Made by a program: the position numbers and the translations under genes. A stretch of DNA of 64,000 nt from Guillardia theta CCMP2712 (Eukaryota > Protista > Cryptophyta), in NCBI RefSeq assembly GCF_000315625.1, contig NW_005434671.1:975393-1039392 (forward strand). The letters are read 5' to 3'. The first letter of the stretch is position 1. The number at the start of each line of letters is the position of its first letter. This document shows positions 1 through 13,200 of this stretch, piece by piece. The notes below the pieces were generated by a model. The model did no database searches. It was given only the letters and a program-made list of their open reading frames with translations, and had not been told where the DNA came from.

Positions 1-1137
1 TGAAGCTCTCCATGAAGAATTCTTTCTCCTTTACATTTCGTATTGCAATGAGACATCATGCGATCGAACTCATTACGGTGGTTCTGGTTTTTGTGATCTT
101 TGTCTCGTCGTATGCGCTCCGCATTGCAGAAGGAAGATGGACCAACGGCGCGTCTCAGTATTATTGGACAAATCTCTGGATGAGCCTCTCAACGTTGTCT
201 ACAACGGGATACGGTTGATTGGAGTTATGTGATCTCATCAGAACTCACTGGTGGTGTAGGAGATGTATATCCCGTGACACATGCTGGCAGAGCAATCTGC
301 TGCTGCCTCATGCTCATAGGGATATTTGCTACATCTCACTTGATCTCCGCCATCATCAAAGCTTTTGAACCTTCAAAATGGGAGGATCAGTTGATTGAGC
401 AATTACTCTGCCTCAAGGCAAAGGGACGTGTCGTCTTGATATGCGCCAGGTAAATCGCTTTTCCTGCGGCCATATCCCGTTCTAATCATAATCATGTTGT
501 CCTGCAGAATCTTTCAAAACAAGTTCAGATTCGCCAAAGGAAGAATCTCGAGGATATTCTTCGATTACAACAGAAAGCAGGTGCTTTGAACGCGTCAACC
601 GTGGTTTCTCTGACTGCGAGCAGCTCCGAGTGCAGCTTGCAAGTGCGTTGCTCGAGATGAAGGAATACAAGCTGGAGGCAAGAGCTCGAGATGGGCAAAG
701 CAACGGGCCGCGCGTCGAACATTTCAAGTCGGTGGTTGAAATGGCCCATCGTGCTTTGCCTGCGGTTGATTCGCATCCAAACGCAAGCGAGGATGGCAAT
801 GTGGAGGACATTGAAGTGAAGGATCAGGTCATTGTTTGATTGTCTCAAGACTCGCCTTTGACATGCTCTTCAGGGAGCTTTCGCTGCTTCGCTACGACTC
901 TCCGAGGCTCTCAAACGTCTCGAAACTTCACTTTCTTCAGTTCCTACTACCACCAGCGCCTTGTTTTCCAGAGCAACAGTCACTGTTGGTAGCCCACGAA
1001 AGTCTAAACGCGCAACCGTGAGGAAAGCAAAGATGTCTCCAAGACTCCCGGTTTCATCGCAAGATTCAGTCTCGGCTGAGCTGGGGTATGTCTACGAAGG
1101 AAGCTCCTTTGTTCCGAGCCATTCGCTGCACCTTTGA
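1..1137 (+). CDS. Potassium channel, 3' part (S5-pore-S6, SK/KCNN-like), multi-exon, 5' end outside the window
   Basis: Splicing the 46-nt GT-AG intron 214-259 gives LWMSLSTLSTTGYGDVYPVTHAGRAICCCLMLIG, i.e. the TxGYGD selectivity filter followed by S6. The last exon ends at TGA 1135-1137. Confidence 0.8.
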
Positions 1138-1275
1138 CGTCATGTTGGTTGACTTGGACCTTCCAGTCAAGACCATGTTGTACTTATATTGTAGAATGAA
1201 ATAACATGTCTCACACATTGGTGGACGTTGCACGTGTATTGTCATGCAGCTCGCGCCAACACCTCTTCACGTAAA

Positions 1276-4112
1276 CTACAATAACATCGTCGAAGGGTTG
1301 CTGAGGTACTTCTTGAGCGTCTGCAGGAACTGGGCGCCAACAGCTCCATCGACAGTTCGATGATCGCAGCTAAGGGTAATGCGCATGAAGCTAGAGACCG
1401 CATAGTCCTCGTTGGGACCCTGTAAGATCGCGTCACATCTCAACCTGAGAGCTGTGTCGCAAGGAACCTTGGCTGGGACCACTCGTTCTTCAGTCGCACC
1501 AACTGCAAGGATGCAGGACTGCGGAGGATTGATGATAGCGGCAAAGCTCGTAATCCCAAACATTCCTGCGCAAGAATCCGTCAACGGTTGTCGGCTGTTG
1601 GGCCGTCGATCATCACCCAAGTTGGAAACCGAGAAAGTGCCACCCTGGAATTCGTGGGGCTAACGAGCATGTCAGGATGGACCAGAAGGGTGTTAGCAAG
1701 CCTCACCTGAAGCTTTCCATCCCTGGCCTTGGCTGCGAGGGCCTTCACCTGTAAAGTACTTGAGACAAGACAACAGAGTCATCTGAAAAGGAAAAGATTA
1801 CTTCGTTAGAGATGCCCAGGAGCCCCTTCATGTCCGCATCGGTCACAATCGGGGTGATCAGGCCTGATCAATCGGTTAGGTCGATTCACCCTCAAAGAGT
1901 ATGGACACCCGTCGGAGATGCGACGGCAACGCTGATGTCAATGTAGTTGTACTTGCGAATGGCATTCTCCATCCATGAAACATTCACCTCGGGATGATCT
2001 CTCAAAGCAAGAGCAGAAGCCTTTGCGTGATGATTAACATCGCTTCAACGCAAAAATGAAACTTTCAACCTTGATGATAAAATCGTTGACAGACAATTTG
2101 TAGTCTGGCTTGCCCTCCTTGTCATACTTGGCTTTTGAGTTCAACTTTCACGCCTGTAAGAGCTAGTACACAAAGCAAAGCACATCCACCTGGTCACGAA
2201 GCTTCAGCAAGTCGTCCACACACACATCCATTGACAGGTAATAATGTGGGATGGTTGTCTTCGATTGAAGCAACCTAAAAAACACAATTTTTCAGACTCA
2301 AAACAGTTCCAGCCTAAATAAATGAGATTCACCTCGATGCAATAACTTTGCGGATGTTGGAATGTGGAATTTCCGTGTAATCCACACCAGCAACCTAGGA
2401 AGACGAATCAACACAAGTCCGATGAGCCTCGGCCAGACAAAATAGCAGTTACTTACACCCGCAGATGACGCGCTCTGCACACTTGAGCCGACTCCACTCT
2501 ACGAATAGAAAAAGTTTGATTATGATATGGGTACGCAGAGTTACACTTTCTGCACACCTCGATAGCTTGTAGAACGTCAGCAGCAATGACTCGGTTGTGT
2601 GGTCCGGTAGGAGTAGTCGATCTCAAGTCGATACCTGCGTACAAACATCATCCAAAATACGTTGTATTTGACAGAAGCAAGGGAAATATTAATGATTTCA
2701 TACCGTTTTCCTTGGCCAACTTCTTTGCCAAGGGCGAAGCCAGCACACGCCCGCCCTTGTTCTCAACTGCTTGTGATGCAGGTGCAGGAGCACTCTCTGT
2801 TGCATCATTAGTGGACATTGAACGATGAACAAGAGCAATTTGCACATACTTGGAGCCTGTGAAGATGGAGAAGCCGCCTACAGTATTGAATCAACGTCTC
2901 TTTCCAAAGAAACAGCATTTACCTTCGGCTGTTCACTGCTTGGTGCCTTAGCCGCAGCTCCACCAGCGCCTTGCGGTTTGGTGGTGTCTACCGTGAAGTC
3001 CTGGAAGGAAGGGACGATTCCGCTGTCATCAACAACCACGAAGATTGGGACTCCAACGGCAACTTCGCTTGCGCCTTCAGCCACCTAAACCCCTCTGTCA
3101 CAGGACTGACAGAACTAGATCGGTAAGAAAGTACCAGAATCTTTGCGATGTAGCCCTCATCTTGCGATTCCCAACCGATGGTCGCTTTGTCTGTTTCAAT
3201 GTCGCATAGCAAATCACCCGGAGAAATCTAGATCGAAGCGCGAGTCACATTTGGCACGGAAAACTGAAGGCAACAGAGTTTCGTTACCTTATCCCCCAAT
3301 TTAACCTTGAACCCAGCAATAGTGCCAGCAGTCATGGTTGGAGATAGAGCTGGCATGTTTAGCAACTGATGGGGCGGGTAACTTTTTGTATTTGCCGCAG
3401 GGGCGCTATGCTTGGGTTGCGGAGCAGCAGGTGCTGGCTCAGCCTTGGCAGCAGAGTCCTCTCCAGGCTTGTAATTGGCAAAGGCAGGGACGTCTGCTGC
3501 ATTCTCTACGAGCACAATGGCTTCTTTACCCACTGGGACATCCTGCGACCCTTCCGGCATCAAGATGGCAGCGATATATCCCTCATCCTGTGATTCCCAT
3601 CCGATAGTGGCCTTGTCGGTTTCAATCTCGCACAGAAGATCTCCGGGAGACACTTTGTCGCCGACCTTAATCTTATAGCTTGCAATGTTTCCTGTTTTCA
3701 TGGTTGGAGACAGAGCAGGCATCTTCAACACTTGATGCTCTGGGAGGCTACTCATGCCCCTCACAATCCATGACCTTGATCTTCTTGAGACATTGCAAGC
3801 TGGCTTGGCCAATCTTCCCATCCTGAAGTTTTTGCAGCAAGTCAGTAACCATTCCAACCATGTACATAGATCTGATACTCACCCTGAAGGTTGGCAGAGA
3901 GTCGTAAGCGATCGCGCAAGGGTTCGTGGAATGTTCCTGTTCATGGCACTGACACGCCTGGACGCGATCCTTGTCTTCGAAGCAAGCGATGCCGAGGAAG
4001 TGAAAGAGAGAGACGGTTGGGTTGAGCATGGAGAGCAGGTCGACGAGGATGATCGAAGCTGAAGGGCCAAGAGCGACCGCCTCATTCCGAGCCCGCTCAT
4101 AGCAAGCGCCAT
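1276..4112 (-). CDS. DLAT: Mitochondrial pyruvate dehydrogenase E2 (dihydrolipoamide acetyltransferase) with two lipoyl domains, multi-exon
   Basis: Two MPALSPTM...ETDKAT lipoyl domains, E3-binding [14 protein letters not shown], and catalytic [13 protein letters not shown] and [10 protein letters not shown]. The N-terminus [15 protein letters not shown] is an S/R-rich mitochondrial presequence. Confidence 0.95.
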
Positions 4113-4697
4113 GCTGCTGCCTCCGCGGCTGGGGCGCAAGCAATAGGGTCCGAATGGAAAAATGAAATCGACTGAATACCCTCCATTTGAGTCTGCAGTA
4201 GGGGTCCTTACCCTTGTTATAAAGCCCAATCTATAAAACCATAGTGTACCCTCTACTGATAAAGTTAGTCAGAGCTAGGGGTGGTACAGTTTAAAAACAA
4301 AAACTGTTATGTTGTCGTTCTACGTCTATGCAGACCGAGGACGCCTCCCAAGGGATGGGAACTTATAAAAACAACAATTTCCCACATATATAAAATTTCT
4401 ACTGAATACGTTTTAGTGGTACCAAAGTCCGGAATGAAGGATAGCACAAACTCGTACAAAAGTAATCTTTAAAAACAATTTTTTCACACATTTCATATTC
4501 AAATAAGTATTACATTTGAAACTTCATCGGAACATTTGAAATATTCACTGCTATTTCACGTGTTGTACGATAGAACATCCGGAATTGCCCGTACAGAATA
4601 ATAAAACTAATAGAGCCGGGTGTACAACCGGGCCATCAGAAGAGCATCCCCCATTGTCACATATAAAAAGAATTGGAGGACAATGTCTTTGAGTGGG

Positions 4698-4770
4698 CAC
4701 CCACGATGGGACTCGAACCCACAATCTCACCCTTAGGAGGGGTGCGCCGTATCCATTGGGCCACGCGGGC
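4698..4770 (-). tRNA. tRNA-Arg (CCT)
   Basis: Reverse complement GCCCGCGTGGCCCAATGGATACGGCGCACCCCTCCTAAGGGTGAGATTGTGGGTTCGAGTCCCATCGTGGGTG folds as a 73-nt cloverleaf with anticodon stem CACCC/GGGTG around CT-CCT-AA and a GTTCGA T-loop. Confidence 0.95.
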
Positions 4771-5092
4771 TCCTCCATGTCTTCTGATGTGCGATACAGT
4801 GTATATATAGGAACAGGGCTGGGCTGATCCTCCACGGGGGTGGGGTGGATTATGGACATGGTAGTGGGAGGGTTTCTGGTACCGCACTCGATGGGGAAAG
4901 GTGGGTGGTGGTAGTAGGCAACTTTGAGACGGGATGCAGGGGGATTGGTTGTCGATAATGTTACATTGGTACAGCACAACATGCTAGAAGTTCTTCAAGA
5001 TCTCGGCTCCTTCTTGATCTTCACTATCGGAGTAACGCTCTCTGTCCACACAAAGCATGAGCCGCTGCAAACAGTCGATTTTCAACAGCAGG

Positions 5093-6753
5093 TCACTTAC
5101 GTTTCACAAGCTTAGAGATCCTGCCAGGCAACGTCAATGGCAAGGTTAGACAATAAAAATAAAACACCTGGGTTTCGCTATCCCTCCACTTGTCTTGCTG
5201 CGCTAGAAATTTGAGGCCATGTTAGCGAAAGAAAAAACAAATTCCTTGCTGTGGTCTGATACCTGGAGAGCCAAAATTCTTGCTTGATGTAGGACAGATT
5301 CTGGTTTGCTTTTCATCATCGGGCTGTTCATGATCAAATTTCGAGCCATCTTTCTTGATTCCTTGAATCTCAACTCCTCGGTTTGAACACGCGCATTCAT
5401 GATCTGTTGATCTCAAGCTTCAGTGCATTGCACTCGGAACTGATGTTGAAAGCAGTTACCTCTTGCTTTGCACGTACTCGATCTTCTTCTGATTCTGGTA
5501 ATAAAGGAATCTGCATGTTCAATCTTTTTCTCTCTTCCGCATGCTGAGCCTCGTTTGCCTATTTGAATAGCGCATTAGTTCAGACCAAACCATTCCTAAC
5601 ATGAACAAGGTCGCCTGTGCACCTGATCTTCCTTCTTTTGTTTGCGAAATGCATTGCGCAGTGTCCTATTCAGAATGCCATCATCTCGACTTCTGACATC
5701 CTGTTCCATCGATGATCACTCCTCAGTATGAAACGGAAGCAGGAAAGCATCCAATATGGGAACTTGACCTGAATATGTTTCAATTGGTGTAGGACTGCTT
5801 TTTTCTCTTTCGATTTCACTTCGTCCTCCCTGAAAGCATTTAAAATGAGGATTGCACAATGCCACCGGTTACAAAATACTACCTTTTCCCAGACCCGTCG
5901 GATGCTGCAAAATGTTCCAGTCGGTAGAATGGGTCTTCTTCAAGTTTTCTTTTTTCTTTTTCGTCAAGCAACTTTACAGTATCCTCATCCTGATCGTCAT
6001 ATACGACAAACAGGTCCCATTAGCATCGAAGCATTTGACAAAGGAAGGTCGAACCTGGTCCCAGGACTCCTCTTTCTTGCGGCATCCGCTGATGCATTTG
6101 TACCTGGTAGCGCATGCATCACGATCCCATCTTCCTCCAAGTTTGACGCTTTGTTACGTTGTGTTTTGAGGGTCCGTCGCTACAATCATGATGTTGTCGC
6201 ACAAGTGACATTTCAATTGAAACTCCCAGATAGTTGTCGTGAAGTACTTTCCTGCCTTTTCTAGTTCTCAGCGAAACAGGAGAGCTAACAAACACGCCCA
6301 GCTCATACCTTCTTCTTGTCTGCGTTGAAGCGAACACCTTTGTGAATGACTTCTTGGCATTTTTCACACCAAATATCGAATGGCGTCTCGAATCTGATGA
6401 CATCTCGGCCTTGCGTGAGCAGTTTACTGTTCACTTGGGCTCCTCGATTTCTCCACGATTCTCCCCGAAAAGTATTCAGATTACTTCTCTCATTGAAATT
6501 CTTTTGGTCCCAGAATTCTGGCGGATAGTACCTGTGATACAAAATCAAAATGTTGCACTGAAATGACAAGAAAGCAAGCTTAGCTGGCGTGTATATCAGA
6601 TGCTCAAATCGCTGGACCATCACATTGACAGACAGACAAAATGTTGAAAAAAACAAACAAAAGCAAACAAAGAAACAGCACACTACAACACACGCCTTTA
6701 CACTGCATTTGAGAGGCAGGATGTTTAATGGGTTGTGAAGGAGGTCGAGACAT
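5093..6753 (-). CDS. CWC16/YJU2/CCDC130-family splicing factor (DUF572), multi-exon; start uncertain
   Basis: YYPPEFW...VIRFETPFDIWCEKCQEVIHKGVRFNADKKK matches the DUF572 zinc-binding N-terminus. The last exon reads RISKLVKRK*. Confidence 0.85.
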
Positions 6754-7069
6754 GCCAGACAACATTGCAACGCCAGACACTGGTAGGATATATGGCCACA
6801 GACCCCGTGGCACTATCCTCTTTCAGCTCTCCTTCTCCCTCACCGGTTTGTTGCCTTCCTGTCTGCCATGGCCGCTGCGAGCTCGAGGTTTAGGCTGTTT
6901 AGCTTGGTTCAGTTTAGACATTCTGTGCCTGGGTATGATGGCTGACCAGAGAATCAAAGTGCGGATTGCGAATGCGGCCGAATCCAGAGAGGGGATAGGG
7001 AGAGAGGGAGGGGAGGGGAGGGGAGGCGGGGGAGACGGGGGGGGCATGGCAAGGGTATGAAGATAGAGG

Positions 7070-7920
7070 AATGTGGATATCGATGAAGAAGTAAGTTAGG
7101 AGCATGCATGCAATATAAAAGAACCACATCCAAACCATGGGGAATCAAACTATCCATGAAAAGGGAGTTTGAGCCGTATTGCCATGAATGATGTGCGAGG
7201 AAAAGGAGAGTTCCGTGTCTTCAAACATTGACTTTCTCTGATGCTCACAGGCAACAATCCAAGAGGGGATGCGAGACCAATTTTGAAGTGGGCTGCGAAT
7301 CATGAGCAAGTTGCTGTCATGGAGGGTCTGTGCAATGCTCTGGGCCGCACTCGTGTGCCTGAACAGTTGTTCTTGCCTTCCAAGGACAGAAGGACCAGGA
7401 GAGACTCTGCCAGGTAGTTGCCATGTGCAGGTGCCAAGAGGATGTCAAAGAGGTGTGACTCGTTTGATCAGATTGGCAAGATATCCATGAACAGCCTTGC
7501 AATCTGGGGATGCAGGACATGTACAGGACCCCCTTCTACACGGAGAATCGACCCTTTGCCATCTGCGGCAAGTACAACGAGGAGACAGGCCTGGATCTTG
7601 TCGGTCGCCCATGTTGCTGCGAGTTCTGTGGGCAGAGAGATCCGTTCGGGCAACTGTGCGAAGTATCTCAGAAACTATGTACCACGGTGGAGGATTGCAT
7701 CCAACGGCACCACGGAGTATGCAAGTCTTCGAAGAAGCACAAGGGTGTCGACAAGTTTTATCTCTTCTGGTTCTCTGCGATGAGGTGAGCGCATGCTACT
7801 TTGCTTCTTTCCAAACCCCAGAGTTACTGGGCCTGCAGTTTCTTTACCATCATGCCTTTCGTCATTCCAGCCATAGCGATGTACGCCGCTGAAGAGCTTG
7901 TTCTTGGTCTGGCAGGATGA
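7070..7920 (+). CDS. Hypothetical Cys-rich protein with a C-terminal hydrophobic anchor; 5' exons uncertain
   Basis: Exon 7516-7783 encodes CGKY...PCCCEFCGQ...LCEVSQKLC...DCIQRHHGVC. After a GT-AG intron the last exon reads FFTIMPFVIPAIAMYAAEELVLGLAG*. Confidence 0.5.
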
Positions 7921-7973
7921 ATTCTAGAGGGCGGAGCCCATGTTTGCTCTACTCGTCATTTTCTATCTTTATG

Positions 7974-9840
7974 TCACAGCCCTTGAAGCGGGGTTGGGTT
8001 TCTTGCTACATCTTCGGAGGTCGATGAGCTTTGAAACGGGTGGACAGGCACGGTCTTTCTGCTTGGCGATGGTTCAAAACCTCTCAGTTCCGGAGCAGGA
8101 GAGGAGAAACAGACCTCAGGAGTTCGTGGATGACGTAGTCGTGCGAATCTTCCATCTTCCCCATCAATGTCGCCAACTCCAGCCCAACCTGTGCTGGAGT
8201 CATCCGAGAGAGTGCGAAAGCGCAATACCTCCTCGTTGAACTTGAGTGCTCTCTTCAGCTCCTGATGCCCAGTCTCGAGCCTTGACCTCACATTGTCTTC
8301 GCGCATCTTCAGGATGGTCAGCTCCTGCTATTATGGTTACTGCCGGCGTTGAGGAGGCAAAGGGGCCCTCCACCTGCTTGGTCTCCTGGAGCTGAGCAAG
8401 GACCCTCATTAAATTCTTCTCTGCTGTCGATCTTGCCAGCGCCTCTTTCCTCAGGTCCTCCTGCTCCTTCCTTCACTCTCGTATTCCTCAACGTCACTCC
8501 TCCCTACCTGTAATTTGGCTTGAATGGTCCTTTGAAGCTGCTTGTCCTCCTGGAATCTTCGTTCTAGCTCGCTCACGTACGCTAGTTACAAGCGGCGTCA
8601 TGTCGAAACTCAGCGGAAGCAAAGAAACTTTCACCCAGCCTGTCTCTATCAAGCTCTTCAATCCGATTGACGTGTTCTTCCCGGCTGGGAAGCAATCAGT
8701 CCAACTTAGCGGCGGTCGTGACGAGGATGTGCAGGGATGGCGAGCGAACTCTTCTTTACCTCTTCATGTTATCTTGAGAGATGGCCAACATCTTCTCAAG
8801 TTTGGATGCTTTCTCTTTCCAATTCTCCAACAGACCTGCGAGCTTCTCCACCTCTGCTCTGCTCTGCAGATTCTCCTTTTCCATCTTCTGCCTCTCGTCC
8901 TGGTTCAAACCTGTTCGAACCTTCACATGGCGCCAAAAGGGAATCAAGTATCCTCTGCTGTTCCACCTCTGTTGCCCTTCATGAGCTCTTCTTTCTCAGC
9001 AACCAGCCCCTCAATCTTAATCTAGTGGTCTCGTCAAGGGAGGACTTGCATCGAAGCATCGGACCTCTTGCATTGACACGATTTTCCTCATTCTGAAAGT
9101 CAACTTAGGTCATTATACCCTGCAGTTGCTTCACAACCTGTCGTTCTCTGTGGCGAGGGAATGACATCTCATCAACAGCTTCACGTATCCTGCTGACCCT
9201 CTCACCAAGTCCACCTGCGATGTCCAGTCAGTAAATGGTACAGGATCAGGATCAGGATCAGGATCAGGATCAGGATCAGGATCAGGATCAGGATCAGGAT
9301 CAGGATCAGGGGCAGGGGCAGGGGCAGGGGCAGGGGCAAGTACGAGCGCATTTGCAAGTGAGAGTGTAAACAAAGACAAGAAGGAGGAGGTGCGAAGAAG
9401 CCGAGCTCCTCTACTTCATAGAAAAGTTTCCCGCTCGTGCCCTCCCTTCGAAACGTCATCGTGACGTGCGAGCCCTGCGGCCCAAGAACGAGGGTCCTCG
9501 ACAACCAGCATCATTCGACTCATCCGGCACGTCAACAACCCCCACTGCTTACCTTAGCCTTGCAAGCCCAATGTGCAGCGTCGGCTGGTGGTTGATCTTG
9601 ACCAGGATGTCGCTCTCCTGCAGTGAAGCTTGACCCGTCCGAGCTAGCGAGCTGAGCTGAGAGCATACCTGGATAGTTCTTGCCATGGCTGCTGATCCCT
9701 CAGGAACGAGGGACTGGACGAAGACTTGCCCTGAGCAAGCATGACCAAGACGCACTCTCAACCCCTCCAACACCACCATCAACGTCTTCTGCGAAGTAGA
9801 TGCCCACTCCAAACTGCTCCTCCCCTTGGGCTCCTTGCAT
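7974..9840 (-). CDS. PDZ-domain plus coiled-coil protein, multi-exon
   Basis: Spliced N-terminus MQGAQGEEQFGVGIYF...VFVQSLVPEGSAA...ESDILVKIN...LVLGPQGSHVTMTFRR is a PDZ fold. It is followed by E/K/Q-rich coiled-coil exons. Confidence 0.8.
9242..9338. repeat. Intronic hexamer microsatellite, (GGATCA)n grading into (GGGGCA)n
   Basis: Tandem repeat read directly from the sequence. Confidence 0.95.
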
Positions 9841-10248
9841 CTTCGCCGTCCTCGCGGGAGATATCTGGAAGATGGCGAGGGAGGAGGGGAGGGAGGGTGG
9901 ACTGGGGAGAGCAGGAAAAGTGACGTACTTGACTTCTTTTTTTCACAGAAGTGTCAATCAAGCTAGCTAGTTGGAGTAGCGGTTTTCGCTGCCTCCTTCG
10001 TTTCCTAGTATTTTATTGAGGCGGGTTTGTAGGCATTATCCTCGTCCTCCTTTCTTTGCTCCGGTTTGCCTTTCTTTTTCAGTTTGTCGGGCATTCTACA
10101 AGTTGAGGCCCCTCGAGAGTATCACATAGAGAACTTCATATCAACACAACTTTACAGGCTTTCTCGTCTACTCCCCACCCTCTCCTTCTACCTCTCCCTT
10201 CCTCCTTTACCTCTTCTTTCCTCTTTCCCGGAGTCCGATCCCCTCTGC

Positions 10249-13200
10249 TCACGAGGTCGGACCCCCGAAGAGCTCGTTGATTGCGTGTGCCCATGCTACC
10301 ACCCCCATCTTCACTATCTCCATGCTCTCCTCCGACGCTTTCGGCATCATGACCTTCCGCTCCTCCTTCGTTCCCACGTACAAGGACTCAGCAGCGGAGG
10401 ACATGGTAGAGATGATAGCAGCCGTCGTCATGGCTACTCTGTCGTCCCGCGACAGTCGCTGCCGTGCCGGCTCGTCCTTCTTGACATCGAGCGAGGAAGC
10501 AGCTTCGTGCGAAACCCCTTGGCTCCCTCCCTCGTGTTCCGCTTGAATGCTCTGCGCTTGCTCCGGAGCTGGTTGGATACTCTCATGCCCACTGGCTGCA
10601 GGCATGGGGGAAGGGCCCAGCGCACTGGGAGGAGAAGAAAGAGACACGCCTGGGCTGACAAGGTTGTGCCGATGTCGAAGGATTCTTCTCCACCAGAGCT
10701 GTAACCTGGTAGCAGCAATCTCTTCTGCTATGTTGAGATTCAAGGGCTCCATGAGATGCCCGGCGGAAGAGAACTGCCAAGAGGAAAAACGGAGAGGAGT
10801 GAGACGAGGGGAGAGTGAGGAGGGAGAGAGTGAGAGTGAGAGAAGAGTTAGGACAAGGATAGCGAGGGACAAGAGAGAACGGAAGAGAGAAAGAAGGAGA
10901 GAAAGAGGATGAGAGAAGAAGAGAGAAAGAAGGAGAGAAAGAGGATGAGAGAAGAAGAGAGAAAGAAGGAGAGAAAGAGGATGAGAAGTGAAGAGGAGCG
11001 TGGTGAAAGAGGAGGAGCAATGAGGTCAGCAAGGACGAAGTTGTCATGGCGAAGCTGACCTTAGCCGACTTGATCGCATCATGAAGAGGAACGTTCTCTT
11101 GCAGCCTCATCCACTTGGGGCCCAGCGACTTGTACCACACGGAGGTCTCAGGGACAATCTTTCCCTCCTGGTATAGGCTGCACAGCTGCACGCGCACGTC
11201 AGCAGCGGGAAAAGGGTGGGGTCCCACTCACCTGCTCGAAGTCTACTGGCCCCTTCCTCTCCTTGCCTTCCACGAAGAAGTAGCTCTTGGTGGTCCACCC
11301 CACCTGCCGTCACTCTCAGCTCGGAGTGTTTGTGCTCATTCCTCGCCACCTGAAGCTGGGAAGCGGCAACGGCCAGGGCTGCGGCTCGCTCGAGTGACAT
11401 GTGGCCTCCAGGCCTGCGACGGGAGGAAGAGGAGGACGCGCCTGTGTGCGGACGCCGTTCGGGGGACAACTCACTGCCTGGAGCCCCTTGCTCCTTGTCC
11501 TGCTGGATTTCCTGCGCCACCGCAGGAGCAGGAAGAGCAACCGGCTGCTCGTCATGCTCTCTGTCCTTGGAGACTTGGTGGGGTCCGCTCCTCAGGTGAG
11601 CTCGGATCGAGCTGGAGAGAGGAGGAGACCATTGTCTGACTCCGGATGCGTGGTGAGAGATCAAGAACGCCAGCTCCTCGTAGAGCTGAGAGAGTTGTTA
11701 CCTGAAGCACGCAGGGAGGGGGGGGGGATGGGAACCTGCATGGGAGTGCGCGAATCGTTGGCGGCAGGATGGATGTTGAAGTCTACGATGANNNNNNNNN
11801 NNNNNNNNNNNNNNNNNNNNNNNNNNNNNNNNNNNNNNNNNNNNNNNNNNNNNNNNNNNNNNNNNNNNNNNNNNNNNNNNNNNNNNNNNNNGAGGAGACC
11901 ATTGTCTGACTCCGGATGCGTGGTGAGAGATCAAGAACGCCAGCTCCTCGTAGAGCTGAGAGAGTTGTTACCTGAAGCACGCAGGGGAGGGGGGGGGATG
12001 GGAACCTGCATGGGAGTGCGCGAATCGTTGGCGGCAGGATGGATGTTGAAGTCTACGATGATGCTTCCTGGCTGCAGGCCTGAATACCACAGCAGTCATC
12101 CACTTTCAAGCAGTAGGAATGAGAGGAGGAGGAGGAGGAGGAGGAGGAGGAGGAGGAGGAGGAGGAGGAGGAGGAGGAGGAGCCTTGGAGGAGGAGGAGG
12201 AGGAGGAGGAGTTGCTCGAGCACGGGACAGAATCATCTGACCTGCCATCTGCAAGCACTCGGAAGGGATCCTGAGCACGGCTGCAAGGCTCTCCTGGATC
12301 TTCCTTAGGAAATCTTCCTTCTTGCTTCGGTCCTCCGGGTCCGGGATCCACCTTTCCACCCCCACATCAGCCCTCGGGGACCCAGGGTACTACCTCCTCA
12401 CTTGTTGAAGTCAAGGTCCAGGGTCAGGCTGACGCCCACGGGGTCGAAGGAGAGGTTCCTGTTGAGGAACCTCCTGGTGGCTGTCGAGGAGTACTCTGAG
12501 AGCTTCTCTGCTAGCCACTTGACCGTTGCCTGGTCCAGGTTCTCCCTCTGTTGGTCCCTCAGCGCTTCTTGGACGAGCTCGATGGCTGATTGTTCGGACT
12601 CGCCGCTGATTGGAGGGAAGTAGAAGGTCTGCAGGCTGATGTTGGACCTAAGGAGGACAAGGATAGGAAAGGAGGAGGAGGATAGAGGAGGAGGATAGAG
12701 GGAAAGAGAGCGGTCACATGCTGAGGTTGAAATTGTACAGCTTACTCGTCCTTGATGTCGCATCGGAGCATGGGGAGCGCATAGTCGTCGGCAAGGAAGG
12801 GATACCTGTTTGCGACCGCAGGCCAGATGACTTCATCAGCCCGGGTCGCCTTTGCCGGGATGATAATCTTGGTGATCACGGTCAATGAAGGGGATCAGCG
12901 GTAAGAGAAGTCTACCTGTCCATGGGCCTTGGCTACCGGGGAAGGAACTTGCTGTTGGAGTCGGATGATGACTTGAAACAAGTTCTCGTTGGCAGGGTCG
13001 TTTAGGATCTGCTGACTTGTCAGCGGGAACGTCACGAGTGACTGCGGTCATCCTCACTTTGTCGATCACACTTGAGACTCGGTCGACATTGCGGTTGATC
13101 TTGGGCTGTCTGAGAAAATATTCGACGCCTCCGTAGGAGACTGCAAACTCCTCTCCGAGTGTGTCGACTTGGATCCTGCACGACAGGCTGTCAAAGAGAG

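Noticed and set aside
11622-12061. Exon duplication flanking the N gap
   Set aside because: Near-identical sequence on both sides of a 100-N gap is typical of an unmerged contig overlap.
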